Shown here: positions 41,701-51,032 of the stretch, in pieces
How positions within the stretch are numbered: position 1 is the stretch's first letter
Layout of the letters: every line of letters begins with the position of its first letter
DNA from: a virus
Taxonomy: Duplodnaviria; Caudoviricetes
Length of the DNA stretch: 64,000 nt
Direction: 5' to 3' (one strand)
Virus record (IMG/VR): IMGVR_UViG_2922696095_000003
Location: 6,990 to 70,989 of that record
Notes under the pieces: generated by a model
Databases searched by the model: none
The model's input: only the letters and a program-made list of their open reading frames with translations
What the model was told of the DNA's origin: nothing
Position numbers and translations under genes: made by a program

Positions 41701-41837
41701 AAGCTATCATAAACAAATGTGGTAGCAAGGGAGATTTAACTTGTTCACAAAGGTTAACTTAACATGCGCTTTAGTTGAGCTATTGTTATGTAAGTATTCT
41801 AAATTTATAAAGAATGGTTACCACCAGTGGTGATATT

Positions 41838-42074
41838 ATGATTATTAAAATTGAAGGTTACTTTTTTCAGAATTTGATTACTGGTCCCCTATGCACACAA
41901 GAAGAACTATATCAAAAGTATATACAAGCAAAAATGCTGAGTCTTAATATTAGAGATTTACCTGATATATTTTGTCGACTTCATAATTTTGATCGATTAC
42001 GTTTTGAAGATGACACAGAGGTTGGTTTCGTGATTGATACAGATACGGACAGGATATACAGACCGATATATTGA
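41838..42074 (+). CDS. Hypothetical protein
   Basis: ORF ending FVIDTDTDRIYRPIY; start uncertain. Confidence 0.5.
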   Translation: MIIKIEGYFFQNLITGPLCTQEELYQKYIQAKMLSLNIRDLPDIFCRLHNFDRLRFEDDTEVGFVIDTDTDRIYRPIY

Positions 42075-42197
42075 TGTTTAAAGCGGTTTATCCAAAAGAT
42101 ATGTTCCTATCTCCTTTAATTACAAGTAATGAAGGACTCACATAACTAGCTAACGGAACAAAAAAATAGATACATAATAAGGAGAGGTCTTATAGCG

Positions 42198-42404
42198 GTG
42201 GGAAAATATACTTGTCCTTGCTGTGGTTACAAAACCTTAGACGATGAACCGCCTGGAACCTATGATATTTGTGAAATTTGTTTTTGGGAAGATGATGGTA
42301 TTCAGTTTGCAGATCCTGATTATGATGGAGGGGCAAACATAGTATCTTTAAGACAGGGCCAGCAAATTATAAAGTATTTGGCGCTTGCGAAGAAAAATGC
42401 ATAG
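42198..42404 (+). CDS. CPCC cysteine-rich protein, C-terminus possibly frameshifted
   Basis: YTCPCCGYKTL...YDICEICFWEDD...GGAN. Confidence 0.75.
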   Translation: MGKYTCPCCGYKTLDDEPPGTYDICEICFWEDDGIQFADPDYDGGANIVSLRQGQQIIKYLALAKKNA

Positions 42405-42608
42405 AGTTTGTGAGAAAAGCCTTAGATAAAGATATACGCGACCCGAACTGGGAACCCTATAACTAACTGGAACGCTAGTTCAAAATTGAATTCTATTAAT
42501 TAAACAAGCTCGGGACCTACCTGGGGCTTGGTTGTGGTATAATCTGGATTGTGCGACAAAACGGCTATAAAGGGCGGTCGGCTAATCTCCCGGAAGGGAG
42601 GTGACGCC

Positions 42609-42692
42609 ATGGAAGTTAAAGACACGCTGATGTTGATGATTCAATTCGCAACGTTGGTGATTCTGATACTTTCTTTCCATAAACGGAAATAG
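42609..42692 (+). CDS. Type I toxin-like hydrophobic peptide (not in ORF track)
   Basis: MEVKDTLMLMIQFATLVILILSFHKRK*; SD gggaggtg; TGgTATAAT at ~42535-42543. Confidence 0.75.
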   Translation: MEVKDTLMLMIQFATLVILILSFHKRK

Positions 42693-42913
42693 ACCGCCCT
42701 GGCGAGGATACGGTCTATTTCTGGATCAAACCTCAATTGCTGACCGCTCTTATAGCGGTAAGTCGTACAGGGGAGCGGTAGTAGCCGTTCCCTTTTTCTA
42801 TTCTTATGTTATCATATTCATTTTATACAGGCAATGGAATTACCTCTGTTGACAATAGTCATAATGGTTATAGAAATATTAAAACCCCGGATTGCTCCGG
42901 GGCTCTTTGTGCA

Positions 42914-43588
42914 TTACTTCTTCTTTTCAGTAATTTTAAGACCGACTTTCTCTTTTGCTTGCATTAGTTTAAGAACACCTTGCATTGTGTCCTGATCTGC
43001 TAATTTGATATTCTCTTCGAAGTCATTCATATAACTAGGTTTTTGTTCATCAAGATATGAGAGTACTGAATTAAATGCTTCACTTTTAGAGTAATAGGCA
43101 GTTGCCAAGTGTCTTTTGGATTGTTCAAGAAGATCTTTAACCTCAGAAGGCAAAGCATTTGGAACTTCAAGCTCATTATATTGTGACATTAACGATAAAG
43201 CTGTATCTTTTGCGTCCTTAGTTGATCCATATACCGTCAACACGTCAGTCTTACCTTTACCTAAGGAATCCATGTCTGATTTATATTTATTGAATACAGT
43301 TGCTCCACTGTTCTCAACACTAAAAAATGTGTTCTCAAAATTAATAACCAGTTGCTGCTTCATTTTTTTATCTGCTGCTTCTTTCTTAGGATCAGAAACA
43401 GCGACAGGCGTTTCAATTTTCTTTTCTGGTGTGGATTTCTGCGTGGCATCTACCGGAGTGGATTGTTTTGTACCCGTATCACTAGCGTTCTTATTCTCTT
43501 CTTTATCTTTACCCATATTACCTATTCCGCTAATCACAATAACAATAATGACCCAAAACCACCACTTCTTATAAACAGGTTTCTTCAA
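42914..43588 (-). CDS. Membrane-anchored hypothetical protein
   Basis: KKPVYKKWWFWVII anchor; helical ectodomain. Confidence 0.75.
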   Translation of the reverse strand: MKKPVYKKWWFWVIIVIVISGIGNMGKDKEENKNASDTGTKQSTPVDATQKSTPEKKIETPVAVSDPKKEAADKKMKQQLVINFENTFFSVENSGATVFNKYKSDMDSLGKGKTDVLTVYGSTKDAKDTALSLMSQYNELEVPNALPSEVKDLLEQSKRHLATAYYSKSEAFNSVLSYLDEQKPSYMNDFEENIKLADQDTMQGVLKLMQAKEKVGLKITEKKK

Positions 43589-43701
43589 GCTTTTTTTCTC
43601 CCCCTAATGGATCAGTAATATATTCCATATATAGTCTATCAGACCTAGGAATATTTTTCTAGCAAAAAAGTTTTAGATACAGCATGCAAAAAGTCTTGTC
43701 T

Positions 43702-43715
43702 AGAACATATGTTCG
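43702..43715. promoter_or_regulatory. LexA (SOS) box upstream of yolD-like gene
   Basis: AGAACATATGTTCG versus Firmicutes consensus CGAAC-N4-GTTCG. Confidence 0.85.
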
Positions 43716-43754
43716 GAATATAATTTCTACATAACACATCAGGAGGCTACATAC

Positions 43755-44090
43755 ATGTCGAAAAAATTAGAAGGTAACGGCTTATGGGAAAGCAGTCGGA
43801 TTATCATACCAGAACACAAGGAAGCATACTTAAAACTCATGCAAGACCGCCAGCGGAGAGGCAAGCCGGAACTTGACGATCAGGAAGTCCGGTTGATCGA
43901 GCAAGCGCTTATAGAGTCCTACAACACACGTCAACCTGTAACACTGGTGGTTTTTAGCCCGTTCGATGACGAAGAACTCAAAGGTGTAATCACGTCTATA
44001 AATACTGCTCGCAGGGAAGTAAAACTGTTTCGTGGCGAAGATGATTATAGTTGGATCAAGTTGGAGGATATTATTTCAGCAAGTATCTAG
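43755..44090 (+). CDS. YolD-like protein
   Basis: LWESSRIIIPEHKE, KPELDDQE, WIKLEDIIS; SOS box upstream. Confidence 0.85.
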   Translation: MSKKLEGNGLWESSRIIIPEHKEAYLKLMQDRQRRGKPELDDQEVRLIEQALIESYNTRQPVTLVVFSPFDDEELKGVITSINTARREVKLFRGEDDYSWIKLEDIISASI

Positions 44091-44203
44091 CAGATAAATC
44101 TAGAGAATAGTAAAATATCCGTGCGATTTTTGTAATAAAAGTATATATATTGGAAAATGTTCATGGTATATTTATCCTAGAACTAAATACCTAGGGGGAT
44201 ATC

Positions 44204-45271
44204 ATGAGAAGTAATGGAAAGGGAAAAATCATAGGAATTATCTTTGCAGTAATTGTAGCTGTTGCAATTATTAAGTATTTAGGATTGCTTATTATAGCAG
44301 GAGGGCTTGGCTACTGGGGGTATAAAAAATATCAGAATGCTAAGAGAGAAAATCAGAAGAGTAAACTAGCCATAGTTTTATTTTCACTTGCCGGGATTTT
44401 CTTTTTAGCGTTCATCGGGAATCTAACGAATGTTAAGCAGCAGGAATTAGTGAATAAAGCACCAGCTGTTCCAGCTAAAGTAGAACAAACTTCTGTGGTA
44501 CCTACTACAACTAAATCTGAGCAAACTTCAAACATTGTTTCTACCTCAGCATCTAACGAAAAGGCGGATTCTGAACAACCAAAACGTATTCCTATAACTT
44601 TAATAGCGGGAACGGATGGAGATACATTTAAAGCATCAGTTCAAGGGAAAGAGGAAAAGATTCGACTACTCCTAGTAGATACGCCAGAAAGCGTAAAACA
44701 GGGTACACCAGTCCAACCGTTCGCAAAAGAAGCTTCGGCTTTTACGCTGAAGCAATTAAAGCAGGGTAATCTTTCCCTAGAGCTTGATGTTTCAAAACGA
44801 GATAAGTATGGTCGTCTACTTGGTTATGTATGGGTTGGAGATAAGATGTTGAATGCAATGTTAATCGAGAAAGGTTATGCTCGGGTGGCCTACATAAATC
44901 CTCCAAACGTTAAATATGTCGATCAATTCAAGGAGATTCAAGCTACTGCTCAAAAGAGTGGAACAGGCATCTGGAGTATTGAAAACTATGCGCAAGAAGA
45001 TGGATTCAATCAGAAGGCAGCTCAAAAGGCAACTGCAAAGACTGAATCTAAAAGTAATGATTCAAGTGTAAAAGAATCTAAGCCTAAAGTAGTTACTCCT
45101 AAAAAGGAAGTCGTCCAAACTTATTCTGAACCAAGAGAATCATCAAGCAATGTATACTATAAAAACTGTTCTGCGGTTCGTGCTGCTGGTGCCGATCCAA
45201 TTTATGAAGGTGAACCAGGTTATAGTAGGAAACTGGATCGTGATGGTGATGGAGTAGCTTGTGAAAGATAA
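44204..45271 (+). CDS. Membrane-anchored thermonuclease with Excalibur domain
   Basis: DGDT, IRLLLVDTPES, DKYGRLLGYV; C-terminal YKNCSAVRAAG...LDRDGDGVACE. Confidence 0.92.
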   Translation: MRSNGKGKIIGIIFAVIVAVAIIKYLGLLIIAGGLGYWGYKKYQNAKRENQKSKLAIVLFSLAGIFFLAFIGNLTNVKQQELVNKAPAVPAKVEQTSVVPTTTKSEQTSNIVSTSASNEKADSEQPKRIPITLIAGTDGDTFKASVQGKEEKIRLLLVDTPESVKQGTPVQPFAKEASAFTLKQLKQGNLSLELDVSKRDKYGRLLGYVWVGDKMLNAMLIEKGYARVAYINPPNVKYVDQFKEIQATAQKSGTGIWSIENYAQEDGFNQKAAQKATAKTESKSNDSSVKESKPKVVTPKKEVVQTYSEPRESSSNVYYKNCSAVRAAGADPIYEGEPGYSRKLDRDGDGVACER

Positions 45272-45355
45272 TCTTTGTTAAAAACTATTCCTCGGTGCAT
45301 ATCCGAGGAATTTTTATGATTTCATTAATTAATACTACACTCTACAAAAAGAGGG

Positions 45356-45625
45356 ATGAGAATTTTGATTGAGATTAGTATAGATGAAAAGGAAGCGAAA
45401 AAACTTATATTGAAAAAAGTTTCGGAGTTGGTGGAAGTAGTTGATGCTGAATATATATTTTGGGATACAAAAGAATTGAAGAAGAGAACTTGTATGAGTT
45501 GGAATGCAATCCTCGATACCTTTTTTTACGATCCGAGATTTATCAAACGGAAAATAGGGAGGAAATGGTATTTTCCGGCTCGTGAAACGAGAGCCTTCTT
45601 AGAACAATGGCTTTTAGAACAATAG
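45356..45625 (+). CDS. Small winged-helix/excisionase-like protein
   Basis: WDTKELKKRTCMSW...RKIGRKWYFP. Confidence 0.6.
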   Translation: MRILIEISIDEKEAKKLILKKVSELVEVVDAEYIFWDTKELKKRTCMSWNAILDTFFYDPRFIKRKIGRKWYFPARETRAFLEQWLLEQ

Positions 45626-45810
45626 ATATTTTAAGAGGCTTGTCTATAAGGTTATTTTTGCTTGAATTTTATATAACTTCACGTAAAAAAATTACCTTAC
45701 ATATGCACAATTTATACCAAATTACACTGCTAATTGGATTGCCACTCATTGGTAGCAAATGTAGTATTAAAAGTGTGCTTGTTACCAATTATGCGAAGGG
45801 GTTATGTGAT

Positions 45811-46443
45811 ATGTGGGAGCCTATAAGGTTCTTGCTTTTTTCAACTGTAGAAACTTTTGCAGCGTTCGTTTTAATGTTAACTATTTTCAGAGTTAGGGCA
45901 TTAGACTATGTATGGCCTGCATTGTTTATTGGATTAATAATGAATTTGCAGAGCTTTATTTTGAGGGAAGAGACATCGTTATCTTTCTTTGCTCCAACCA
46001 TAAACATTATATTGTTCACATTATTGATAACCACTGTTGTTAGAATGCCAATTATTTGGGCAGCTATAATATCCATTACAGGCACATTTCTATATACGTT
46101 ATTCCAAGCGGTAATTATATTGATGCTCTTTGGTACATTAACAACTGAAATGCAGACTTCAGCAGAAGGATCATTGGCGCAAGCAGTAACTAGCGCATGG
46201 GTGTTAGCTGTTTCGTGGTTTCTGTATAAATTTAATATAGGCTTTACAGCAGATTATGAAAATCTCCGTTTTAGGTGGGAACATGTACTTGTTGTTATCT
46301 TAATAATCGGGGTACTAGCTGCTTGTACATTTATGTTTTACTTTAACAATTTCTTTCTGAGTATTTTATTCATAACCCTAGCATCTGTAATGTTTTTGTA
46401 TTATGCATTAAAAACGGAGCGTGATTACCATAAAAAGTCTTGA
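45811..46443 (+). CDS. Multi-TM protein, AgrC-sensor-like but without kinase domains
   Basis: 210 aa, about 6-7 hydrophobic segments, ends right after last TM; overlaps agrB. Confidence 0.65.
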   Translation: MWEPIRFLLFSTVETFAAFVLMLTIFRVRALDYVWPALFIGLIMNLQSFILREETSLSFFAPTINIILFTLLITTVVRMPIIWAAIISITGTFLYTLFQAVIILMLFGTLTTEMQTSAEGSLAQAVTSAWVLAVSWFLYKFNIGFTADYENLRFRWEHVLVVILIIGVLAACTFMFYFNNFFLSILFITLASVMFLYYALKTERDYHKKS

Positions 46444-46975
46444 CTCCATCGCTCTAGATATAGCAACACACATCAAAACTGTTGTCCCCGATCATCCAGC
46501 ACCCGTAAATGTTTTAAAACATGGGATAGCCGTTACGATCAACACAGTTTCAATTGTTTTGCTAACTATTGGTATTTCAGTTTTTACGGATAAGATACAA
46601 GAAGCTGTGCTGGCAATGATATCTTTTTCGATGCTACGTCAAACTGTAGGAGGCATACATTTAAAGAGCAATATAGCGTGTATTATTGTATCTACAGTTC
46701 TACTTACCGCTTTATCTTTTGCAAGTTTTAATTACAATTGGATCGTCATTACTTCGATAATAAGTATTGTACTTGTCTTGGTTTACGCACCATCACGGCT
46801 AGAGGGGAAGACACGCATATCAAAGCGACACTACCCATTGCTAAAATTTTCGGGAGTTGCAATTATTGCACTTAATTTGTGGTTGGCTTTACCGGTAGTA
46901 GGCGCTAGCTTTTTTGTTCAGAGTTTAACACTAATAGGAGGAGGTGTGAGAAATGAAGAAAAACAAACTGAGTAA
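46421..46975 (+). CDS. agrB: AgrB-family peptide-processing membrane protease
   Basis: LRQTVGGIHLKSNIACIIVS with catalytic His/Cys; YAP motif. Confidence 0.88.
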   Translation: MITIKSLDSIALDIATHIKTVVPDHPAPVNVLKHGIAVTINTVSIVLLTIGISVFTDKIQEAVLAMISFSMLRQTVGGIHLKSNIACIIVSTVLLTALSFASFNYNWIVITSIISIVLVLVYAPSRLEGKTRISKRHYPLLKFSGVAIIALNLWLALPVVGASFFVQSLTLIGGGVRNEEKQTE

Positions 46976-47099
46976 AGTAAAGGCTGGTATGTATTACAAT
47001 ATTGCTGCAATGCTAACAACACTTGCTGTTGCGTCAGTTAGCACAGCAAGTCTTTCTTGGATTCATAGCCCCGAGCCACCGAAAGAATTGTTGAAATAA
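46953..47099 (+). CDS. agrD: AgrD-like autoinducer propeptide (not in ORF track)
   Basis: SD ggaggaggtg; MKKNKLSKVKAGMYYNIAAMLTTLAVASVSTASLSWIHSPEPPKELLK*. Confidence 0.85.
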   Translation: MKKNKLSKVKAGMYYNIAAMLTTLAVASVSTASLSWIHSPEPPKELLK

Positions 47100-47114
47100 G
47101 CGAGGAATGACAAA

Positions 47115-47510
47115 ATGCTAAGTTTAACAGTATCGGCAGACCCTGGAGGTATTGATCAAGGCGAAAACGTACAAGTGGATAAGGTTCTTTTTATATCTAA
47201 AGGGCGTAAGAGAGACCAGATTTTAGTTCACACAATTGAAAAGACTTACTACATGATTGGAACCCTTAGACATTGGGAAAACTTTTTGAACAGTAACGGA
47301 TTCCGTTTTTTGAATGTGGACAGAAGTAACACTCTTAATGTAGAAAAAGTAAAAATCGTTAATGGTATTTTCAAAGATGCTTACTTTGAGTGTGATATAA
47401 CAAAAACCTCAAAAAGGTGCCCTATTGCGTATCATCGGTTTGAAGAGGTTATAAAAGAGATGGGTTTCATTAATTCAGACATAATATTCACGGGAGTTGC
47501 TACTAGATAG
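47115..47510 (+). CDS. LytTR-only DNA-binding regulator (no receiver domain)
   Basis: VLFIS...ILVHT...GTLRHWENFL...FLNVDRSNTLNVEKVK; 131 aa. Confidence 0.8.
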   Translation: MLSLTVSADPGGIDQGENVQVDKVLFISKGRKRDQILVHTIEKTYYMIGTLRHWENFLNSNGFRFLNVDRSNTLNVEKVKIVNGIFKDAYFECDITKTSKRCPIAYHRFEEVIKEMGFINSDIIFTGVATR

Positions 47511-47524
47511 CAACTCTTTTTTTT
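47492..47524 (+). terminator. Terminator of agr-like operon
   Basis: gagttgcta-ctaga-tagcaactc followed by T8. Confidence 0.8.
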
Positions 47525-47942
47525 GTTGAAAATATTGTATTTAAATGTCGAAAAATGATACACATCCAGCGCCTGAATTTATGTTGCCAAAGAACCTAAT
47601 AATGGGATTTAATATATGTTAGTGGATATAATTCTTAAACAAGGAATAAAGTAGAGGAATGATGAATGTTATTGCTCCGAATATAATATGGGAAAAGTGA
47701 TTACTAATTACTACCCATTCGTATAGATCTTTCATCCTACAACCGAAGAATTGAGCAGCGTGTACATATCTTTTAGATTTTATTACCGTCATTTCTTAGA
47801 AGTGAGAAATAATGCGCTGTGGTCAGTAGATCTTCGCACATATTCCGTTGGGATCCAACTTTTCTGTTTTAGAAGGAAGTAAATAAGATTTTAGCTTGTC
47901 AGTAAACAACGATTTAATTATACGATTTAGGAGAGGTCTATT

Positions 47943-48146
47943 ATGGTAATTTTATTAAATGAAGAAAACCAGATGAAAATCAAAGGAAATGATACTTTTA
48001 CTTATTCTGTTGAAAACGGAGGTATTAAGGAAGTACAAGTACAGTCAATAGTGAATGAAGTTTGGAGATATGGCGGGAAAGAAATATCACACGAACAACT
48101 CATAAAAATACTAAATCACATAAAAGTTCTTGCATCACAAGGATAA
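47943..48146 (+). CDS. Hypothetical protein
   Basis: SD aggagagg; hairpin at ~48150-48184. Confidence 0.55.
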   Translation: MVILLNEENQMKIKGNDTFTYSVENGGIKEVQVQSIVNEVWRYGGKEISHEQLIKILNHIKVLASQG

Positions 48147-48184
48147 AAAAATAGCTTTAGCATATGACCACTAAAGCTATTTTC

Positions 48185-48475
48185 TTGACCGCATTTTGAC
48201 CGCGCTTTTTAAAGATTTAAGTGTATTTGAAAGTATATTGATAATCTGAACATAATATATTTTGCAGTATACTCAAGAGAGAAAATATGTTGAAACCCAA
48301 AGGAATACTGAGTGCTTTTGTATCGCACCCAAGTACATCAATGGGAACGCGATCAATATCTGACTCTTTACTAAAATGGGAAATCCCTTGGCGCTCTAAG
48401 CGTTGAGGGATTTTTTGTGTGTGGTAGGTAAAAAAATTTATTAAGTTGATTTATAATTGCCCCCTAATTGCCCCC
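48185..48475. other. Putative att junction between the two prophages
   Basis: TTGACCGC x2 (48185, 48196); short gene-end-like segment ...PKYINGNAINI* plus terminator 48381-48416; TAATTGCCCCC x2 (48454, 48465) beside integrase remnant. Confidence 0.5.
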
Positions 48476-48489
48476 CAAAATTTTTATTA

Positions 48490-48654
48490 TCAGAATAAAT
48501 TTTCAGTAACAGACTCATAGTTCTCCATGCTATTCATCTCTATTTTTTTGGAGATGTGTGCATAAACGTCGGCTGTTATTTGGATGCTACCATGTCCAAG
48601 CCACTCCTGTACATACTTCATTGTAGCCCTAGCTTCAAGTAGCAATACCGCATG
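48490..48654 (-). pseudogene. Tyrosine integrase C-terminal remnant
   Basis: HAVLLLEARATMKYVQEWLGHGSIQITADVYAHISKK. Confidence 0.85.
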
Positions 48655-48707
48655 ATTTTATATATGCGTTTGCCCGAACAGAAAGCATAACGCCAATCGC
48701 TTTCAAG

Positions 48708-48830
48708 GGAAAAAATTTCAAACTAACGTTGAATGCAAAATATGTGTTGGATGTCTTGAAAGTCTTAGAAAACGAAGTGACTACACTCGGGTATACTGGC
48801 TCTTCTAAACCATTCACTCTCGAGAGTGAC
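48708..48830 (+). pseudogene. DnaN (beta clamp) C-terminal fragment
   Basis: KLTLNAKYVLDVLKVLENEVTTLGYTGSSKPFTL. Confidence 0.55.
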
Positions 48831-48959
48831 AGGAAGCTATGGATAAGAGACAGATTTCTGTTTTTGAAAATATGCTAAATGATATTTTAGGAGCTTCAGC
48901 TAAACAGCAAGTGTCTTTTGGATAAGGACATTTTGAGGATTGAAAACAGATAGTAGAAC

Positions 48960-49181
48960 TTACAGGAATATAACCAAAAGTCCACATGTTAAAAAGAAGA
49001 ACCCAAAGAGAATCGATACAGAGCCTCTAAATTTCATGTCATCAATGTAAGCATCACTTGGTTCTGAGTCCCCTTTGATCTTCCAGGCTTCGTTTGCACG
49101 CCATCCCCAAGTGGGATTTCGTTTACTTAAAATACCAAGCGAGAAAAAAATAATCGCAATAAGAATAAGCATGAATCCCAT
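48960..49181 (-). CDS. Small 2-TM membrane protein (DUF6199-like)
   Basis: NPTWGWRANEAWKIKGDSEPSDAYI motif. Confidence 0.7.
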   Translation of the reverse strand: MGFMLILIAIIFFSLGILSKRNPTWGWRANEAWKIKGDSEPSDAYIDDMKFRGSVSILFGFFFLTCGLLVIFL

Positions 49182-49299
49182 TGGATCAGCCCCTTTAAGT
49201 AAACTATACCAAAAAAGAACGATAGATGGAAAGTATCGTCCCTCAAGGAAAGATAGAAGAAAAATAAGAGGGCTTTGCCCTCCATGTGATGGTGCAATT

Positions 49300-49734
49300 T
49301 TAATCTGAGTAGGCAACAGCATTAAAACTCTCTATTCCTATTCGGGTAGCATCTGCTGTGCAAAATAGATATAAGGTATCCACCAATTTATTTGATGGTG
49401 GTAGAGGGACATTGTAATCGGAAGCATTTATGGTGACGACCTGTACAGCGTTTGGGTTTGCTTCGGAGACACTTACAGAGTAAAGGGCGTAAGCAACAAG
49501 CGAATCGAAATTGCCTCTAACAATGGAAAAAGAAATAACGGAGTCAAATGGTGGAGGGGTAGGAAATGCAAGCTCAGCTATCCCGGATAATTGTACACGC
49601 ATGTTTTCCCCTGCGCCCGTTACATCTAAGCCAAGCTCAGCAATGGCAACGGGAGTATTGGCTGGCAAGGGAATAGAGATTGTATTACCGTAACTTGCGT
49701 TTTGAGATGTTCGAGCATCTAACAATCTAGTCAT
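49300..49734 (-). CDS. Putative exosporium/spore-surface protein
   Basis: MTRLLDARTSQNAS N-terminus; beta-sandwich pattern; divergent from collagen gene. Confidence 0.5.
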   Translation of the reverse strand: MTRLLDARTSQNASYGNTISIPLPANTPVAIAELGLDVTGAGENMRVQLSGIAELAFPTPPPFDSVISFSIVRGNFDSLVAYALYSVSVSEANPNAVQVVTINASDYNVPLPPSNKLVDTLYLFCTADATRIGIESFNAVAYSD

Positions 49735-49975
49735 TATCTCATCTCCCTTTTTGGGTAAAGGATTTGCAAGCTGGAAATATAAAAATACAGACAGTGTAGG
49801 ATTTGGACCGGTTAATTGAACTGGATATTAAGCTTCAGAAGGATGAGCTGTAATAATGCTAACACGATAGGGTCAGACCTATGCCTATTTTCCCGAAATG
49901 AAGTCAACAGCCCAATCTTTTTGGTTAATTGCACAATAAGCTACTTTGACTAGACTTTGGAGGTGACCATTAATT

Positions 49976-50746
49976 ATGTTTCGACATTATTGTTGGCAGA
50001 AGAGTATGCATCGGAGAAAATTTAGAAGATGTGTAGTTAAAAAAGTCAAAGTGTTACCGAAAGTTATTGTTAAAGGGATCCGAGGACCTCAAGGACCTCA
50101 AGGACCTCAAGGACCTCAAGGACCTCAAGGACCTCAAGGACCTCAGGGACTGCCGGGTCCACAGGGAGTTCCAGGTGCTCAAGGCCAGCAAGGGCTACAA
50201 GGTTTTCAAGGAATTCCCGGACCAACAGGACCAGCAGGAGCAGTAGGGCCAGCAGGACCAGTGGGACCGGCAGGAGCAGTAGGGCCAGCAGGAGCGGTAG
50301 GACCAGCAGGAGCAACGGGGGCAGCGGGACCTGCAGGCGCCGGTATAACAGACTTCTTAAGTGTTTTCCGAGCAGATCCTGGCACGGGAACTGACACAGT
50401 TCCGGGTAACTCACCAATTACCTTTACTGGAGTTTTAGCTAATGTTGGTGGTGCATTTACTTTCACTCCTCCATCTACAACGATAACAATCAACGAAACG
50501 GGGAGCTATCTAATAAATTTTACAATTCATAACCAAGGTGATGCTGACTTTAACCTTACCGTAAATGGAATCCCTGTTACCCCTGTTCCCTTCACGGGTA
50601 ACGGTGGCGGACCAATTTCGGCAGAAGTCATTATTACTGTAGGGGTCGTTCCTACAACTATTCAATTGGTAAATGCAAATGCAACCCCAGCCCAACTTCA
50701 TAACTTTACCAATACCACTCTTACTATATTAAAGTTGACTGTTTAA
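49976..50746 (+). CDS. Collagen-like protein with BclA-type C-terminal domain
   Basis: About 29 GXY triplets; [15 protein letters not shown]-terminal domain. Confidence 0.82.
   Translation: MFRHYCWQKSMHRRKFRRCVVKKVKVLPKVIVKGIRGPQGPQGPQGPQGPQGPQGPQGLPGPQGVPGAQGQQGLQGFQGIPGPTGPAGAVGPAGPVGPAGAVGPAGAVGPAGATGAAGPAGAGITDFLSVFRADPGTGTDTVPGNSPITFTGVLANVGGAFTFTPPSTTITINETGSYLINFTIHNQGDADFNLTVNGIPVTPVPFTGNGGGPISAEVIITVGVVPTTIQLVNANATPAQLHNFTNTTLTILKLTV
50084..50146 (+). repeat. 9-bp tandem repeat ggacctcaa x7 (GPQ)
   Basis: Directly visible in sequence. Confidence 0.95.
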
Positions 50747-51032
50747 GCCATTCTTAATGATATATAGAACATCATATGTAGCCGCCTTAGAAAAGACTGT
50801 ACGATTTCCATCGTCAGTTTGTCTAATTCCACTCATATTAAGCAGACGCAATTGTGTAGCATGGCAAGAGAATGTAGTGGCAGTAATAAGATCCATTAAA
50901 CACTACCACTACTCCAAAGCCTATTTTCAAAGTTGAACTGGATAACATTGTAAAAATTATATTATTCAGACATAGAAATATGAATGCTAAGAAGGTAAGG
51001 AAACTTTTCCTACCTTCTTTTTTATTGTGACA

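Larger units (their letters stand above)
1..48363 (+). mobile_element. Prophage 1 (siphovirus-like), right portion to putative attR
   Basis: Co-oriented terminase-portal-capsid-tail-lysis order, then cargo; arm-like direct repeats at 48185-48203. Right boundary approximate. Confidence 0.9.

Noticed and set aside
45690-45790. LytTR direct-repeat binding site upstream of the agr-like operon
   Set aside because: Only weak attacc/attaca/attgcc matches without convincing 21-bp periodicity
45607-45810. Longer N-terminus for the agr membrane protein
   Set aside because: AT-rich promoter-like sequence; SD gaagggg precedes ATG 45811; the extension has no kinase motifs
50070-50493. Antisense ORFs with VLE and PAG repeats
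   Set aside because: Shadows of the collagen repeat
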